Shown here: positions 45,938-55,005 of the stretch, one piece after another
Numbering within the stretch: position 1 is the first letter of the stretch
How the letters are laid out: each line of letters starts with the position of its first letter
Source of the DNA: a virus
Virus record (IMG/VR): IMGVR_UViG_3300037484_000731
Span: 1-64,000 of that record
Strand: one strand, 5' to 3'
Length of the DNA: 64,000 bases
Notes under the pieces: model-generated
Databases searched by the model: none
What the model was told of the DNA's origin: nothing
The model's input: only the letters and a program-made list of their open reading frames with translations
Position numbers and translations under genes: made by a program

Positions 45938-48408
45938 TAAAATACTCCTATTTCTGAAATCTTCAGATTTACATCATCCATTACTAACTTAAGTACTTTC
46001 TTGCCCTTATTATACCGAACCTTATCTATATGATAAACAATATCACCAACCGGCTCAAGAGTCTTTTCCTTTTCATTCTTCTGTTTAATAGCTATAGTAA
46101 CATCAGCGTCCCCCAAGATAAGCTTAGATTCACTGGAACGTCTTCCCTGAGGAGTTGCATCATCCAGCGCATCATCGCCCAATTGACCAAGTATTATAGC
46201 TGGAAGTCCAAGTCCATCGCATACGTCAACTTTCATTCTCCTTGTAACTTCCTTAAGCTGCTGCGTCCTCGTCATACCTTTCATATAGAAAGCAGGAGAT
46301 ACCAATTGTAAATGATCAAGAACTACATAATCGATACCAAATTTAAGCTTTGCATATCTAATAAGATTAAAGATGTGATCAACTTCCATAGTTGTATGAA
46401 TCTGAATATTACCCATATTTAACTTTTGCTGCACCTCAACCAGCTTTGCTATATCGGCATCCGTAAGGTTTCTAATGATGATATTGGTTGCACTAATCCC
46501 CGATGAAATGGCCGTTATTCTTTCTGTCACCTCAGTCCCATCCATCTCTCCTGAAATAATAAGACCTTTGTATGACTGTTCTATAGATAATTGTACCACC
46601 CAATTAAGAGCAAGAGTGGTCTTGCCATGTCCCGTATTGCCCATAATATAAATGAGTTTTTTAGGTACGACACCATGCAGTAATGTATCCGTCTGCTTCC
46701 ATCCTGCTCCAAGCTTCATACTCTTAATCGGCTGCTTGTTACGACATTCAGTTATTATCTGTCCCAAAATATTATCCACCGACATAGCTTGAGCCTGATA
46801 AATACCATACAATTTAAGTAGCGATTCATTAAGATAGCCTACTCCATCCTCAAACGATCGATTATTATATAGCAAATTTCTACCGATCCCACAGACCGAC
46901 CTGCGCTGATAGAGGTCTCTCACATTCTTCATTACGTCATCAATTAGAGTTTCATCCACAATTGGTAACTGACTTATATGGGGCAATACCCATTGTGGAG
47001 CGAGTGAATTGACTGATACAATATTTGCTTTCTTTTCTATTATTAGACTGAAGACCATCTTAAAAGCTTTAAAGTTGAACCAGTCATTTGTAATGGCATT
47101 ATTTATAATAGCATCAGAATGCTGCAGCAGATAGGTAATGAGATATTGTTCAGACTTATAATCCGACAGGTTATCATTAATGAATCTGGCAAGTTCATCA
47201 TCTATGGCCTCAGGAGCAAAACCAGTTTTCATATGAAGGTGTCTAATTACATAATCAACCGTCAACCTATCAAAATCTTTCGATATCTTGGCCACGCTGC
47301 GAATTAGAGCATAATATTTTTGTTCGTCCGGAGTAGTTGACAGAGCAGCAAGATATTGATCTATATAATAAATCGGCATGATATCCGCATGATCGAGGGC
47401 ATTCTGAACATTAAACCCCGACAACACCAATTCATCAGGATCGCTCCCCTCAATAAATATAGCCTTTGCCGATAGATTCCTACTACAGAAAATCTTCCCG
47501 TACTGCTTGGCCAGATCGTTAAGAAATTGCCAGCCCGCCTGATCTCCATCAACCCAATAATATACATCTACAACATCATATAAATTGAGCTTATCAAGTA
47601 TATCTGTATTAATTTTCAATCCGCCCATTCCAAGAGCGTTATATCCAGCCATCTTAAGGGCAAGCCAATCTGAATCTCCCTCAACAAAGATTACATAGCT
47701 CTTAGACTGGAGACTGTGAATACCGAGCATGAGATTAGAATCATATAAGATCGATTTTCCAGTACTAAACTTGACTTCACCAAACGACCGACATTTAAAA
47801 TGATTGATGTTGCCCGCAGCATTATATATCGTAAATACGACGCTTTGATTAAACATCTGATTCATGAGGTCATATGTCCATATCTCCTTATCAGTGAAAC
47901 CCTCCTTTAAAAGAAAGGCCACAAGATTGTCCACTGAATCACAATACCCAACACCTTCCTGTATAATGAGTGCCGTACTTGTATATCCTTTTTTTGTAAA
48001 ATATTCCTTATAAGTCTGACTTGTTATAGCACATTTAAGAAAATAAGATTGAGCAACTTTGAGAATGTTGTATCCTCCGAGGTCTTCTGGCGTCATATCA
48101 TCAAGGAACTGGCTTGTATTAACTCCCATATTCTGAAGTATTATATTAATAGCCTGAACTCGATTAATCCCGTGCTTCAACTCTACAAATTTTACTAAGT
48201 TTCCTCCTTGACGACATCCAAAGCAATGCCAGACCGGTTTATCTTCACTTATAGTTAGTGAAGGATCGGTGTCTGCATGGAAGCAGCAGAGGGACTTATA
48301 TCGTCCGCCTTTCTTTTTAAATTCCATGCCCTCGTGTGTAGTTAGATATTCAACTATATTTATTTCGTTAGTGATGTAGTTGATTGCGTCACGTATGTTC
48401 ATTTGCAC
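45937..48408 (-). CDS. DnaG-type primase fused to DnaB-type helicase
   Basis: N-terminal CHC2 zinc finger CCFHADTDPS...WHCFGCRQGGN, TOPRIM-like middle, C-terminal Walker A GNTGHGKTTLAL. Confidence 0.85.
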   Translation of the reverse strand: MQMNIRDAINYITNEINIVEYLTTHEGMEFKKKGGRYKSLCCFHADTDPSLTISEDKPVWHCFGCRQGGNLVKFVELKHGINRVQAINIILQNMGVNTSQFLDDMTPEDLGGYNILKVAQSYFLKCAITSQTYKEYFTKKGYTSTALIIQEGVGYCDSVDNLVAFLLKEGFTDKEIWTYDLMNQMFNQSVVFTIYNAAGNINHFKCRSFGEVKFSTGKSILYDSNLMLGIHSLQSKSYVIFVEGDSDWLALKMAGYNALGMGGLKINTDILDKLNLYDVVDVYYWVDGDQAGWQFLNDLAKQYGKIFCSRNLSAKAIFIEGSDPDELVLSGFNVQNALDHADIMPIYYIDQYLAALSTTPDEQKYYALIRSVAKISKDFDRLTVDYVIRHLHMKTGFAPEAIDDELARFINDNLSDYKSEQYLITYLLQHSDAIINNAITNDWFNFKAFKMVFSLIIEKKANIVSVNSLAPQWVLPHISQLPIVDETLIDDVMKNVRDLYQRRSVCGIGRNLLYNNRSFEDGVGYLNESLLKLYGIYQAQAMSVDNILGQIITECRNKQPIKSMKLGAGWKQTDTLLHGVVPKKLIYIMGNTGHGKTTLALNWVVQLSIEQSYKGLIISGEMDGTEVTERITAISSGISATNIIIRNLTDADIAKLVEVQQKLNMGNIQIHTTMEVDHIFNLIRYAKLKFGIDYVVLDHLQLVSPAFYMKGMTRTQQLKEVTRRMKVDVCDGLGLPAIILGQLGDDALDDATPQGRRSSESKLILGDADVTIAIKQKNEKEKTLEPVGDIVYHIDKVRYNKGKKVLKLVMDDVNLKISEIGVF

Positions 48409-48638
48409 ATCCTTAGACTTTGCATGTCAGATATAGATTTTGTAAAATGATACTCGAAGAGATCGATCATTGAAACCTTTACATTAAGATCGTACACGAA
48501 AGATAAGCCAGCCCAGACATATTCGCCATTTTCGTTCTTCTTTAAGAATACGAAATTAGCCTTATTGTCGTCCATAATTTCGATCTTCGCAGATAGACCA
48601 TGTTCCCTAAGTTTTTCAAACACCGATGTTATATTCAT
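48399..48638 (-). CDS. hypothetical small protein
   Basis: 79 aa. Confidence 0.35.
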   Translation of the reverse strand: MNITSVFEKLREHGLSAKIEIMDDNKANFVFLKKNENGEYVWAGLSFVYDLNVKVSMIDLFEYHFTKSISDMQSLRMCK

Positions 48639-49061
48639 TTATTTGTCCTTATGAGGACAATACCCCAAAGCAGAATGAGCAAAATTACAATTATGACAAA
48701 GAACTCTGTAGCCCTTAAGCCAGTTATTTAATCTCAACCACGAATAAAAATCTTGTCCCTTTTTATTGAGTTCTCTTCTATGTTTATTGCCCCCACCATT
48801 AATATGATCTATCGTAAGGAAAATTAACTTATCCTCTCCACAACAAGTACATTTTCCGCCATAATGTTGTATTGTCTCTAATTTTAATTTATCTCTCCAT
48901 CTTTTATTAGTAGCTCTCCCCTTAGGAGAACATTTATTTCTTTTTCTGTATTCTTTCCCTTTCTTTGTTGTATTCCTCCATTTTTTTATATATTCTTTTT
49001 TATTAAACATTTTAACCACGACGATCTTGAAACACCGTAATTCGGCGGGAAAGGGATTCAT
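48639..49061 (-). CDS. HNH homing endonuclease, zinc-finger subfamily (paralog 6)
   Basis: GGKCTCCGEDKLIFLTIDHINGGGNKHR...GYRVLCHNCN...GYCPH. Confidence 0.75.
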   Translation of the reverse strand: MNPFPAELRCFKIVVVKMFNKKEYIKKWRNTTKKGKEYRKRNKCSPKGRATNKRWRDKLKLETIQHYGGKCTCCGEDKLIFLTIDHINGGGNKHRRELNKKGQDFYSWLRLNNWLKGYRVLCHNCNFAHSALGYCPHKDK

Positions 49062-49383
49062 ATTGCATACGGATCGTCTTTAAAAGCTCTTCTAATGCAT
49101 CTCTATATATTCGCATTTTAGTCGCTGCGGTCTTATTTTTAGCATTGACTCTTACCTGTTGACAGAAGTATGAATACGTCCGCACAAGCCGTTGATATAA
49201 GTATGGATAAACCGCCAGCAGTGTATCAACCTCATCATAACTCGAAACCTCAAGATCAACATGTACTGGTATAATACTTTCTATCACGATCGTAAGTTCC
49301 AGTACGTCAAATTTATCGGGCTTCGGGTCTATCTTTTCAAAGAACTTGTTTATATTCTCTGTTATCTTACTTCGATTCAGCAT
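49012..49383 (-). CDS. hypothetical protein
   Basis: 123 aa. Confidence 0.4.
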   Translation of the reverse strand: MLNRSKITENINKFFEKIDPKPDKFDVLELTIVIESIIPVHVDLEVSSYDEVDTLLAVYPYLYQRLVRTYSYFCQQVRVNAKNKTAATKMRIYRDALEELLKTIRMQYESLSRRITVFQDRRG

Positions 49384-50392
49384 TCTCTGCCTCCTTTAAC
49401 GCTTTCATGAAATCCTTTCTTAGGTTGGCATTCTCAAGCAGAGCTTGCCCCGCCTTAGCTTTTCCATTTCCGACACTATGACTGCCAAACTTGACAAATG
49501 AGCCGTTTAACGTTAATACTCCCATCCGCAGCCCATATTCAATCATATCAAGTCCCCTATTAAATCCTTGACCAAGTACAAGCTCCTCATCAACTTTTCG
49601 GTATGGGACACCCCACTGATTTTTTATAACATTGAGCGTCACATTCCTTCTTGTTATATCCACAGCACCGGCAGCAGTCTTAATTTGCTGTGATGAAACT
49701 TTTATCCTCATTCCACACATATGCTTTAATGCATGTCCGCCTGTCGTCGTCTCTGGATCGCCAAAAAAATTACCTATCTTAGTGCGAGCTTGATTAATAT
49801 AAATAATAAGTATTTTATTCTGCGTCACGAGTGGAGTCATAACCCTAACCATCTTAGACATAAGCCGTGGATGTGCACCCATGTTTGCATCTGTAAATTC
49901 TCCGGTTATATCAACTAATGGAACTAACATCGACACCGAATCAACCACAACTACACGAACAAGTCCTGATGTAAGTACATCCTTCATAATATCAAGTGCC
50001 TGTTCGCCCCAATTTGGCTGAGTAATGAAAAGTCTCTTAATATCAACTCCCAACACTTCAGCATATTCAAGATTAAGTTTGTGTTCAGCATCAACAATAT
50101 ATCCCATCATACCCAGAGACTGACACTGTGCGAGAATTGATAAGGCAAGAGTAGTCTTCCCGTGACCTTCTGCCCCAGATATTTCAATTTGCGATCCTTC
50201 AACCAATCCCCCGCCCAATGCCCAGTCGAGATTAAAAAGTCCAGTAGTAAAGCGGTTCTTACTACATTTTCGAACTCTACTGGGGCTATTTAATAGATCG
50301 ATACTACCTTCACCATACGACTTAGTTATGTTATCAATAAGGTCTTGAAGATCATTCTTGACCTCTTTTTTTTCTTCTTTTTGTGTTGCCAT
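49367..50392 (-). CDS. recA: RecA-family recombinase
   Basis: Walker A GAEGHGKTTLAL and ILIYINQARTKIG (RecA VIFINQIRMKIG region); 341 aa. Confidence 0.85.
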   Translation of the reverse strand: MATQKEEKKEVKNDLQDLIDNITKSYGEGSIDLLNSPSRVRKCSKNRFTTGLFNLDWALGGGLVEGSQIEISGAEGHGKTTLALSILAQCQSLGMMGYIVDAEHKLNLEYAEVLGVDIKRLFITQPNWGEQALDIMKDVLTSGLVRVVVVDSVSMLVPLVDITGEFTDANMGAHPRLMSKMVRVMTPLVTQNKILIIYINQARTKIGNFFGDPETTTGGHALKHMCGMRIKVSSQQIKTAAGAVDITRRNVTLNVIKNQWGVPYRKVDEELVLGQGFNRGLDMIEYGLRMGVLTLNGSFVKFGSHSVGNGKAKAGQALLENANLRKDFMKALKEAENAESK

Positions 50393-50400
50393 ATAATACC

Positions 50401-50436
50401 TTTAGAATAAATTGGGGCGGGAATTACCCGCCCCAA
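50401..50436 (-). terminator. intrinsic terminator/attenuator between SSB-like gene and recA
   Basis: Perfect 10-bp GC-rich inverted repeat TTGGGGCGGG-aatta-CCCGCCCCAA, followed on the minus strand by TTTATTCT. Confidence 0.5.
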
Positions 50437-50440
50437 ATAA

Positions 50441-51574
50441 TTAGAATGGAAGTACTGCGCCGTAAATAACGTCCCAGTTATCAAGGATGATTTTACATGC
50501 ATCCTTTTCCTCTTTACTACCTGACCTCAACAAATATTGAATGTAAGGTTTACCGGTCTGAATGATGACCTGATCAAGAGTGTTACCCTTATAAACTCCA
50601 ACTGTACATTGAACAGCAAGTACTGGCTTAAATTGCTCCGGTAAGGCCACCGGCAGATTTGTACTACCTGCAACATTTGCTGGCTTACCTGCTGGTATTT
50701 GTACTGCTGGTTGTGCTACTGCTTGTCCAGTCTTTGGAGGCTTACCAAATTCAGATTGAGGTACAGTAACTACTTGATCAACCCCCATACCTGTCGGCAT
50801 ATTTACCTGTACGGGTTGTCCTGTAACTGGTTTACTGGTATTTACTGGTACTGGCTGCCCTGTTTCAGCAACCGGTACTGATCCCCACCCCGAAATATCA
50901 ATCTGCGGAAACTGACTATACCTCTGCTGAAAATAAGTCGGAGGGTAAGTCCCCGTTTTAGCTAATACTTCCTGATGAGAAAGAATAAGTTCGTTCTGAG
51001 CTTTCTCCAGAGTCCACATATTCTCTTTAAGATACTTCTGAATTTGAGGAGTCAAGACATTCTGCGATAAGTCAACCCTATACACAGTATTTCTCATTTG
51101 CCCCATACGAGTAATAAATATCGCATTATGAAACTTTTCAGTTTGACGCTGCAATAAGAAATTTACTCCATCCTGTATCTGTTTGCCCGCCATAAGCCAA
51201 GCAAGACAGTTAAACTGAAAATCCCACACCATAAGGACAGCTTTTTTGCTGATTCCCCTCGGCAGTCTGCCGTTGGTTTCCTTATAATTTGGATTCTGAA
51301 GCTTATATATCTCATTATCGAGACACCATGGGCAAGCTTCATTCCATTTGTTGCAGACGACCGTTACATATTGTCCCTGCATATTTTTAAACTCATGTAC
51401 CCATGCACCGACAGGATACTGCCATGTACCAGTCGGATCGAGTTCGCCGGTCAATAGAGCAAGTTCCCTTGACGTATCTGGCAGAACTGTAACGAATGGC
51501 ATGCCGGTTTTGTAATCCCAAAACGGCTCTAATGGTTTGTTCCCGCTCTGTTGGTCTGGTAACCAATTACCCAT
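50441..51574 (-). CDS. putative ssDNA-binding protein (gp32-like zinc site)
   Basis: H-x14-C-x6-C-x2-C (WVHEFKNMQGQYVTVVCNKWNEACPWC) resembles the T4 gp32 Zn site; Pro/Gln/Val-rich low-complexity C-terminal region; adjacent to recA. Confidence 0.4.
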   Translation of the reverse strand: MGNWLPDQQSGNKPLEPFWDYKTGMPFVTVLPDTSRELALLTGELDPTGTWQYPVGAWVHEFKNMQGQYVTVVCNKWNEACPWCLDNEIYKLQNPNYKETNGRLPRGISKKAVLMVWDFQFNCLAWLMAGKQIQDGVNFLLQRQTEKFHNAIFITRMGQMRNTVYRVDLSQNVLTPQIQKYLKENMWTLEKAQNELILSHQEVLAKTGTYPPTYFQQRYSQFPQIDISGWGSVPVAETGQPVPVNTSKPVTGQPVQVNMPTGMGVDQVVTVPQSEFGKPPKTGQAVAQPAVQIPAGKPANVAGSTNLPVALPEQFKPVLAVQCTVGVYKGNTLDQVIIQTGKPYIQYLLRSGSKEEKDACKIILDNWDVIYGAVLPF

Positions 51575-51627
51575 AACCTTCCTCCTTTTTTTTATTTAAA
51601 ATATTTTATCTGATATCGGCCAATGAC

Positions 51628-52668
51628 CTAATCGAGACCTAAATCAATTAACGTACCTTCACGATCTGTTGAAATACCATACCAACCACCAACATGAGTG
51701 GCCGTATTATTAACAAAATCTTTAGTCTTCTGAGATAATTTATCCCAATCATCACAACTCTCATCCTGACGATTGATGTAGTTGGCGAATGTAAGTATTG
51801 CCCTATCTACTCCATTAATGGCAGTAGCTGCTTTTGCAAGTCTGGCATCCCATATACCAACTCTCCGGACTCTCTTAGTTACTGTTGTGATTTCTGAAAG
51901 TTGAGGATAACCTGACTGCTGAGCTACTATCTCCCAGTTAACCTCTTTATACATTTGTCCACTATTACCCCCAACTCTAATTGGATAGGAACGATAAACT
52001 CCATATACGTGTCTGAGAAATCTTGGATTTATTCTTGCATATGAAAGGAAAGCAGCAGTTGTTGTATCTCTTGATGTACAGAACGGATAGAATTTTGAAA
52101 AATTGGAAAGTCCGAAGCCCTGACTCCCTTCTAAAAGGATATTACCTTGAATTTCATCAATAACAAAATGATCACTAACTCTACTGCGTAATATCCGAGG
52201 ATTGAAACTGTAATCTTCAAATACTTTAGCCGACCTAAGTACTCGTCGGCTTAGAGCCATACCAACACCCTCACACGTACTGCCGATTTTTTCCTTAAGT
52301 TCAAGTTCTCCACGCTCGGCCTGAATATCTTCTTCGCTGATGAGTAATGCTTTTTGATGAATATTAAGTCTATCCACGATAGGAATCCGTTTTGATTCTA
52401 AAAGATCAATTTCTGCAAGAAGAACATCTATATTGATAATAGCTCCTGCTCCGATATAAATCCCAGCTTTGTGATTGATGACTGCTGCCGATGGGATTTG
52501 CCTTGTAACAATAGGCTCTCCTTTATAGATGACAGTATGACCTGCCTGAGCAGAATTTACACTAATTAACCAATCGTATGGCTTCCGCTTTGCCAAAATT
52601 CCGGCTACCAATCCCTTACCTTCTGAACCGAATTGACAACCGACCAACACATCTACTTGTTTATTCAT
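51628..52668 (-). CDS. adenylosuccinate-synthetase-family enzyme, short form with altered P-loop (PurZ-like candidate)
   Basis: VLVGCQFGSEGKGLV (PurA: GTQWGDEGKGK), AGHTV, IGSTCEGVGMA (PurA IGTTGRGIGPA), LEGSQGFGLSNFSKFYPFCTSRDTT (PurA [25 protein letters not shown]); 346 aa. Confidence 0.75.
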   Translation of the reverse strand: MNKQVDVLVGCQFGSEGKGLVAGILAKRKPYDWLISVNSAQAGHTVIYKGEPIVTRQIPSAAVINHKAGIYIGAGAIINIDVLLAEIDLLESKRIPIVDRLNIHQKALLISEEDIQAERGELELKEKIGSTCEGVGMALSRRVLRSAKVFEDYSFNPRILRSRVSDHFVIDEIQGNILLEGSQGFGLSNFSKFYPFCTSRDTTTAAFLSYARINPRFLRHVYGVYRSYPIRVGGNSGQMYKEVNWEIVAQQSGYPQLSEITTVTKRVRRVGIWDARLAKAATAINGVDRAILTFANYINRQDESCDDWDKLSQKTKDFVNNTATHVGGWYGISTDREGTLIDLGLD

Positions 52669-52709
52669 AAAATGCTCCTTATTTTAGTATAATCATACCC
52701 TGTTTAGGG

Positions 52710-52738
52710 GAGAAAAAAGCCCTGAAAGCAAGCCCCCC
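52710..52738. repeat. 29-nt direct repeat copy 1 (GAGAAAAAAGCCCTGAAAGCAAGCCCCCC)
   Basis: Matches 52787-52814 at 24 of 29 positions; lies in the roughly 300-bp GC-richer non-coding gap upstream of the PurA-family gene. Confidence 0.5.
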
Positions 52739-52786
52739 TTTCCCCCCAAATACAAAGGAAAGAGAGGTCACACCCTTTATCAGTGC

Positions 52787-52814
52787 GAGAAAAAAGCCCA
52801 CCAAGAAGCCCCCA
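52787..52814. repeat. direct repeat copy 2 (GAGAAAAAAGCCCACCAAGAAGCCCCCA)
   Basis: See copy 1; spacing 77 bp. Confidence 0.5.
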
Positions 52815-52977
52815 GAACAATCTTGGAAAAAACAGACTAAGCGCACACAGTTCTCACCATGTACGCTTTATTATCGGACGGTATTAAATTTAAGCGGGAA
52901 ATATTTTTACTTGATCACAGGGAATGGAACGAACCCTATTATCTTGATCTTGTATGCGGAAGTATTCAATATCTTTT

Positions 52978-53217
52978 TTATTTTTCAGGCGAGCAGTGAT
53001 CTTTCCGACAATTGGCTTGCCTTGGTATCGATCGACAAATTCGCCCTGCTTTCCTATGCTTTCGTCCTGCATGATTTTTCTCCTTTTTTAGAATTTGATG
53101 TATTCTCTGTTTAGTGACTCCAAAAGTCGCCCCAATCACAGAGAGTGAATATCCCTTTTTAGCCATAGCCACTATTCTTTGGTTACGGGTCGATCTTTTC
53201 CTATTATGTACTGGCAT
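52978..53217 (-). CDS. small HTH DNA-binding protein
   Basis: YSLSVIGATFGVTKQRIHQIL helix-turn-helix; basic C-terminal tail. Confidence 0.45.
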   Translation of the reverse strand: MPVHNRKRSTRNQRIVAMAKKGYSLSVIGATFGVTKQRIHQILKKEKNHAGRKHRKAGRICRSIPRQANCRKDHCSPEK

Positions 53218-53218
53218 A

Positions 53219-53875
53219 TTATTCCTCTATCATATACCGTAAAGTAACCAGCCCCCTATTTATTTTCTCCTGTAGTTTTTTGCTAAATTTATGACTCTTG
53301 CCTTTCTCCTTCCGGAGAAATGAATAAATATTTTCTCTCTTATTAATTGCCTCGATGACCAGCTTCTTCTCAAAGGAAGACAGGCTTTCAAGTGCTATAA
53401 CAAAATTAATTATCCGAGTAAAATTATCACTCATAATGATCGCATCGGTAAAGTCCACACCCGAAGCCATGAGATTATCGACCATGGTCTCCTCACGTTC
53501 ATATGAGATGAGTTCTCCCCCACACTTCTTACATATCACATTTCTGCGATCATAGGCAACAGCCGTGTTGCAATCTTCACAGACATAAATTAGTCGTTCG
53601 CTGCTTACTCGCCGGTAGTAATCTATCGTGGCCTTATATCCACGATTGCAAGCAAAAGCAATCGGATCACCGATTGTCAGTTTTGCTCTGTAAAGAGTAT
53701 TCCAACTTGCGATCAGGAACTCCTCTTTAATTTCGTCCTCACTATAAAGATAATTCGTATGTAAGTGAGGTCTATAACGTCTTAAAATCTCGGCCACAAG
53801 TGTACCTTCTTCTAATCGGGTGATTTTACCCCTCTGTAATTTGGCTACTAATTGGCGACATTCTGCCAAATTCAT
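53219..53875 (-). CDS. putative transcription regulator with internal zinc ribbon (sigma-like?)
   Basis: CEDCNTAVAYDRRNVICKKCGG CxxC...CxxC; N-terminal helical region; 218 aa. Confidence 0.4.
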   Translation of the reverse strand: MNLAECRQLVAKLQRGKITRLEEGTLVAEILRRYRPHLHTNYLYSEDEIKEEFLIASWNTLYRAKLTIGDPIAFACNRGYKATIDYYRRVSSERLIYVCEDCNTAVAYDRRNVICKKCGGELISYEREETMVDNLMASGVDFTDAIIMSDNFTRIINFVIALESLSSFEKKLVIEAINKRENIYSFLRKEKGKSHKFSKKLQEKINRGLVTLRYMIEE

Positions 53876-53876
53876 A

Positions 53877-54119
53877 TTATTTCCCCCATTCTAATTGTAG
53901 TGCTTCTTTGGTTAAATTAAATACAATACCCTGATGTACAAACTGATTATGATTAAGCCTCTGACTAACTATATAGTCGAAGTGATGCTCCGTCAACAGA
54001 ACTTCATATTTACCGTTGTTGCTGCTAAATATCGCTTTCCTGTCGGGATTATCACGCAGTATGCGCCACAGGTTCTTAACAAAAACCATTGAGTCGATAT
54101 TGGGATGTTTAGTGGTCAT
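53877..54119 (-). CDS. hypothetical small protein
   Basis: 80 aa. Confidence 0.35.
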   Translation of the reverse strand: MTTKHPNIDSMVFVKNLWRILRDNPDRKAIFSSNNGKYEVLLTEHHFDYIVSQRLNHNQFVHQGIVFNLTKEALQLEWGK

Positions 54120-54291
54120 GGCCTTCGCATCTCCTCATCCCACATTCTATCTAATTTTGCAGACTCCTTCATCCACATAAATACTAATAGAGTTTTAGTC
54201 TGAGTATCATGTACTTCCTGCACCATCTCATCTAATAATTTTACTTCTAATTCCTGAATCTGAATAGCATCCATATGCCCTCCTGAAAATA

Positions 54292-55005
54292 TTATTGTAA
54301 ATACTTTCCCGATTCTTTGCCCTCTGATGTGATTCCCCTTTTAATTTCAATCTTCTTGCCGTCTTCATAACCGGCTGAAAGAGATTCTGAGTAGAGGTCA
54401 GGTCTTCTCTCCTTCTGATTCTTCATCTCCGCAACTCTGGCTTCCAGTTCCGGATCGGGTATGACTACAAGTCCCATTTCAGTCTCAATCCTCGAAGTCT
54501 GGCTGCGCAACTTTTCAGTGAGTCCCTTATAAAGTCCCATATAGTACGATTGTTCCTCACGGGGCGGGGCACTCGTTCTTCTCTTATAATCTTTCCACAA
54601 ATCCTGAAATGTATTTACAAGGTACATCCTCACATAATGAGCTATCTCGACATTGCCCTTAGTTCCAAGAATCACAGTATTGGTATTATACCAACTCGCT
54701 TTATCCCTGTCCATTCCCCATTTTGCGTTCGGAGTTCTGTAATTATATACCTTTACAAAAAAGTAATTAATCAATATACTATCTACATATTTTTCCACAG
54801 CTTTGCGGAATATCTTCTCATCAACTTTTTTCTCTTCATATTCAGATTTGACATGCTCAACTTGCTGCATCGAGAGATTATATCTGATCAAGAGTTCGTG
54901 GGCTTTCTGTGCTGCTCTCTGCGCTTCATTCTCATTTGGGCTTGTTGCTAACGCCAAGCACTTACGTATTTTTTCTATTATTTTATCTAATTCTCGATTT
55001 TCCAT
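54292..55005 (-). CDS. hypothetical protein with DUF2786-like N-terminus
   Basis: KIIEKIRKCLALATSPNENEAQRAAQKAHELLIRYNL. Start trimmed to MENRELDK (GAGGAG RBS) to avoid a 200-nt overlap with the HNH gene. Confidence 0.4.
   Translation of the reverse strand: MENRELDKIIEKIRKCLALATSPNENEAQRAAQKAHELLIRYNLSMQQVEHVKSEYEEKKVDEKIFRKAVEKYVDSILINYFFVKVYNYRTPNAKWGMDRDKASWYNTNTVILGTKGNVEIAHYVRMYLVNTFQDLWKDYKRRTSAPPREEQSYYMGLYKGLTEKLRSQTSRIETEMGLVVIPDPELEARVAEMKNQKERRPDLYSESLSAGYEDGKKIEIKRGITSEGKESGKYLQ

Noticed and set aside
52890-53072. 60-aa minus ORF overlapping the 3' third of the HTH gene 52978..53217
   Set aside because: It overlaps by 95 nt in another frame. The HTH protein is better supported, but its basic C-terminal tail could instead be read-through. 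A frameshift or sequencing error here cannot be excluded
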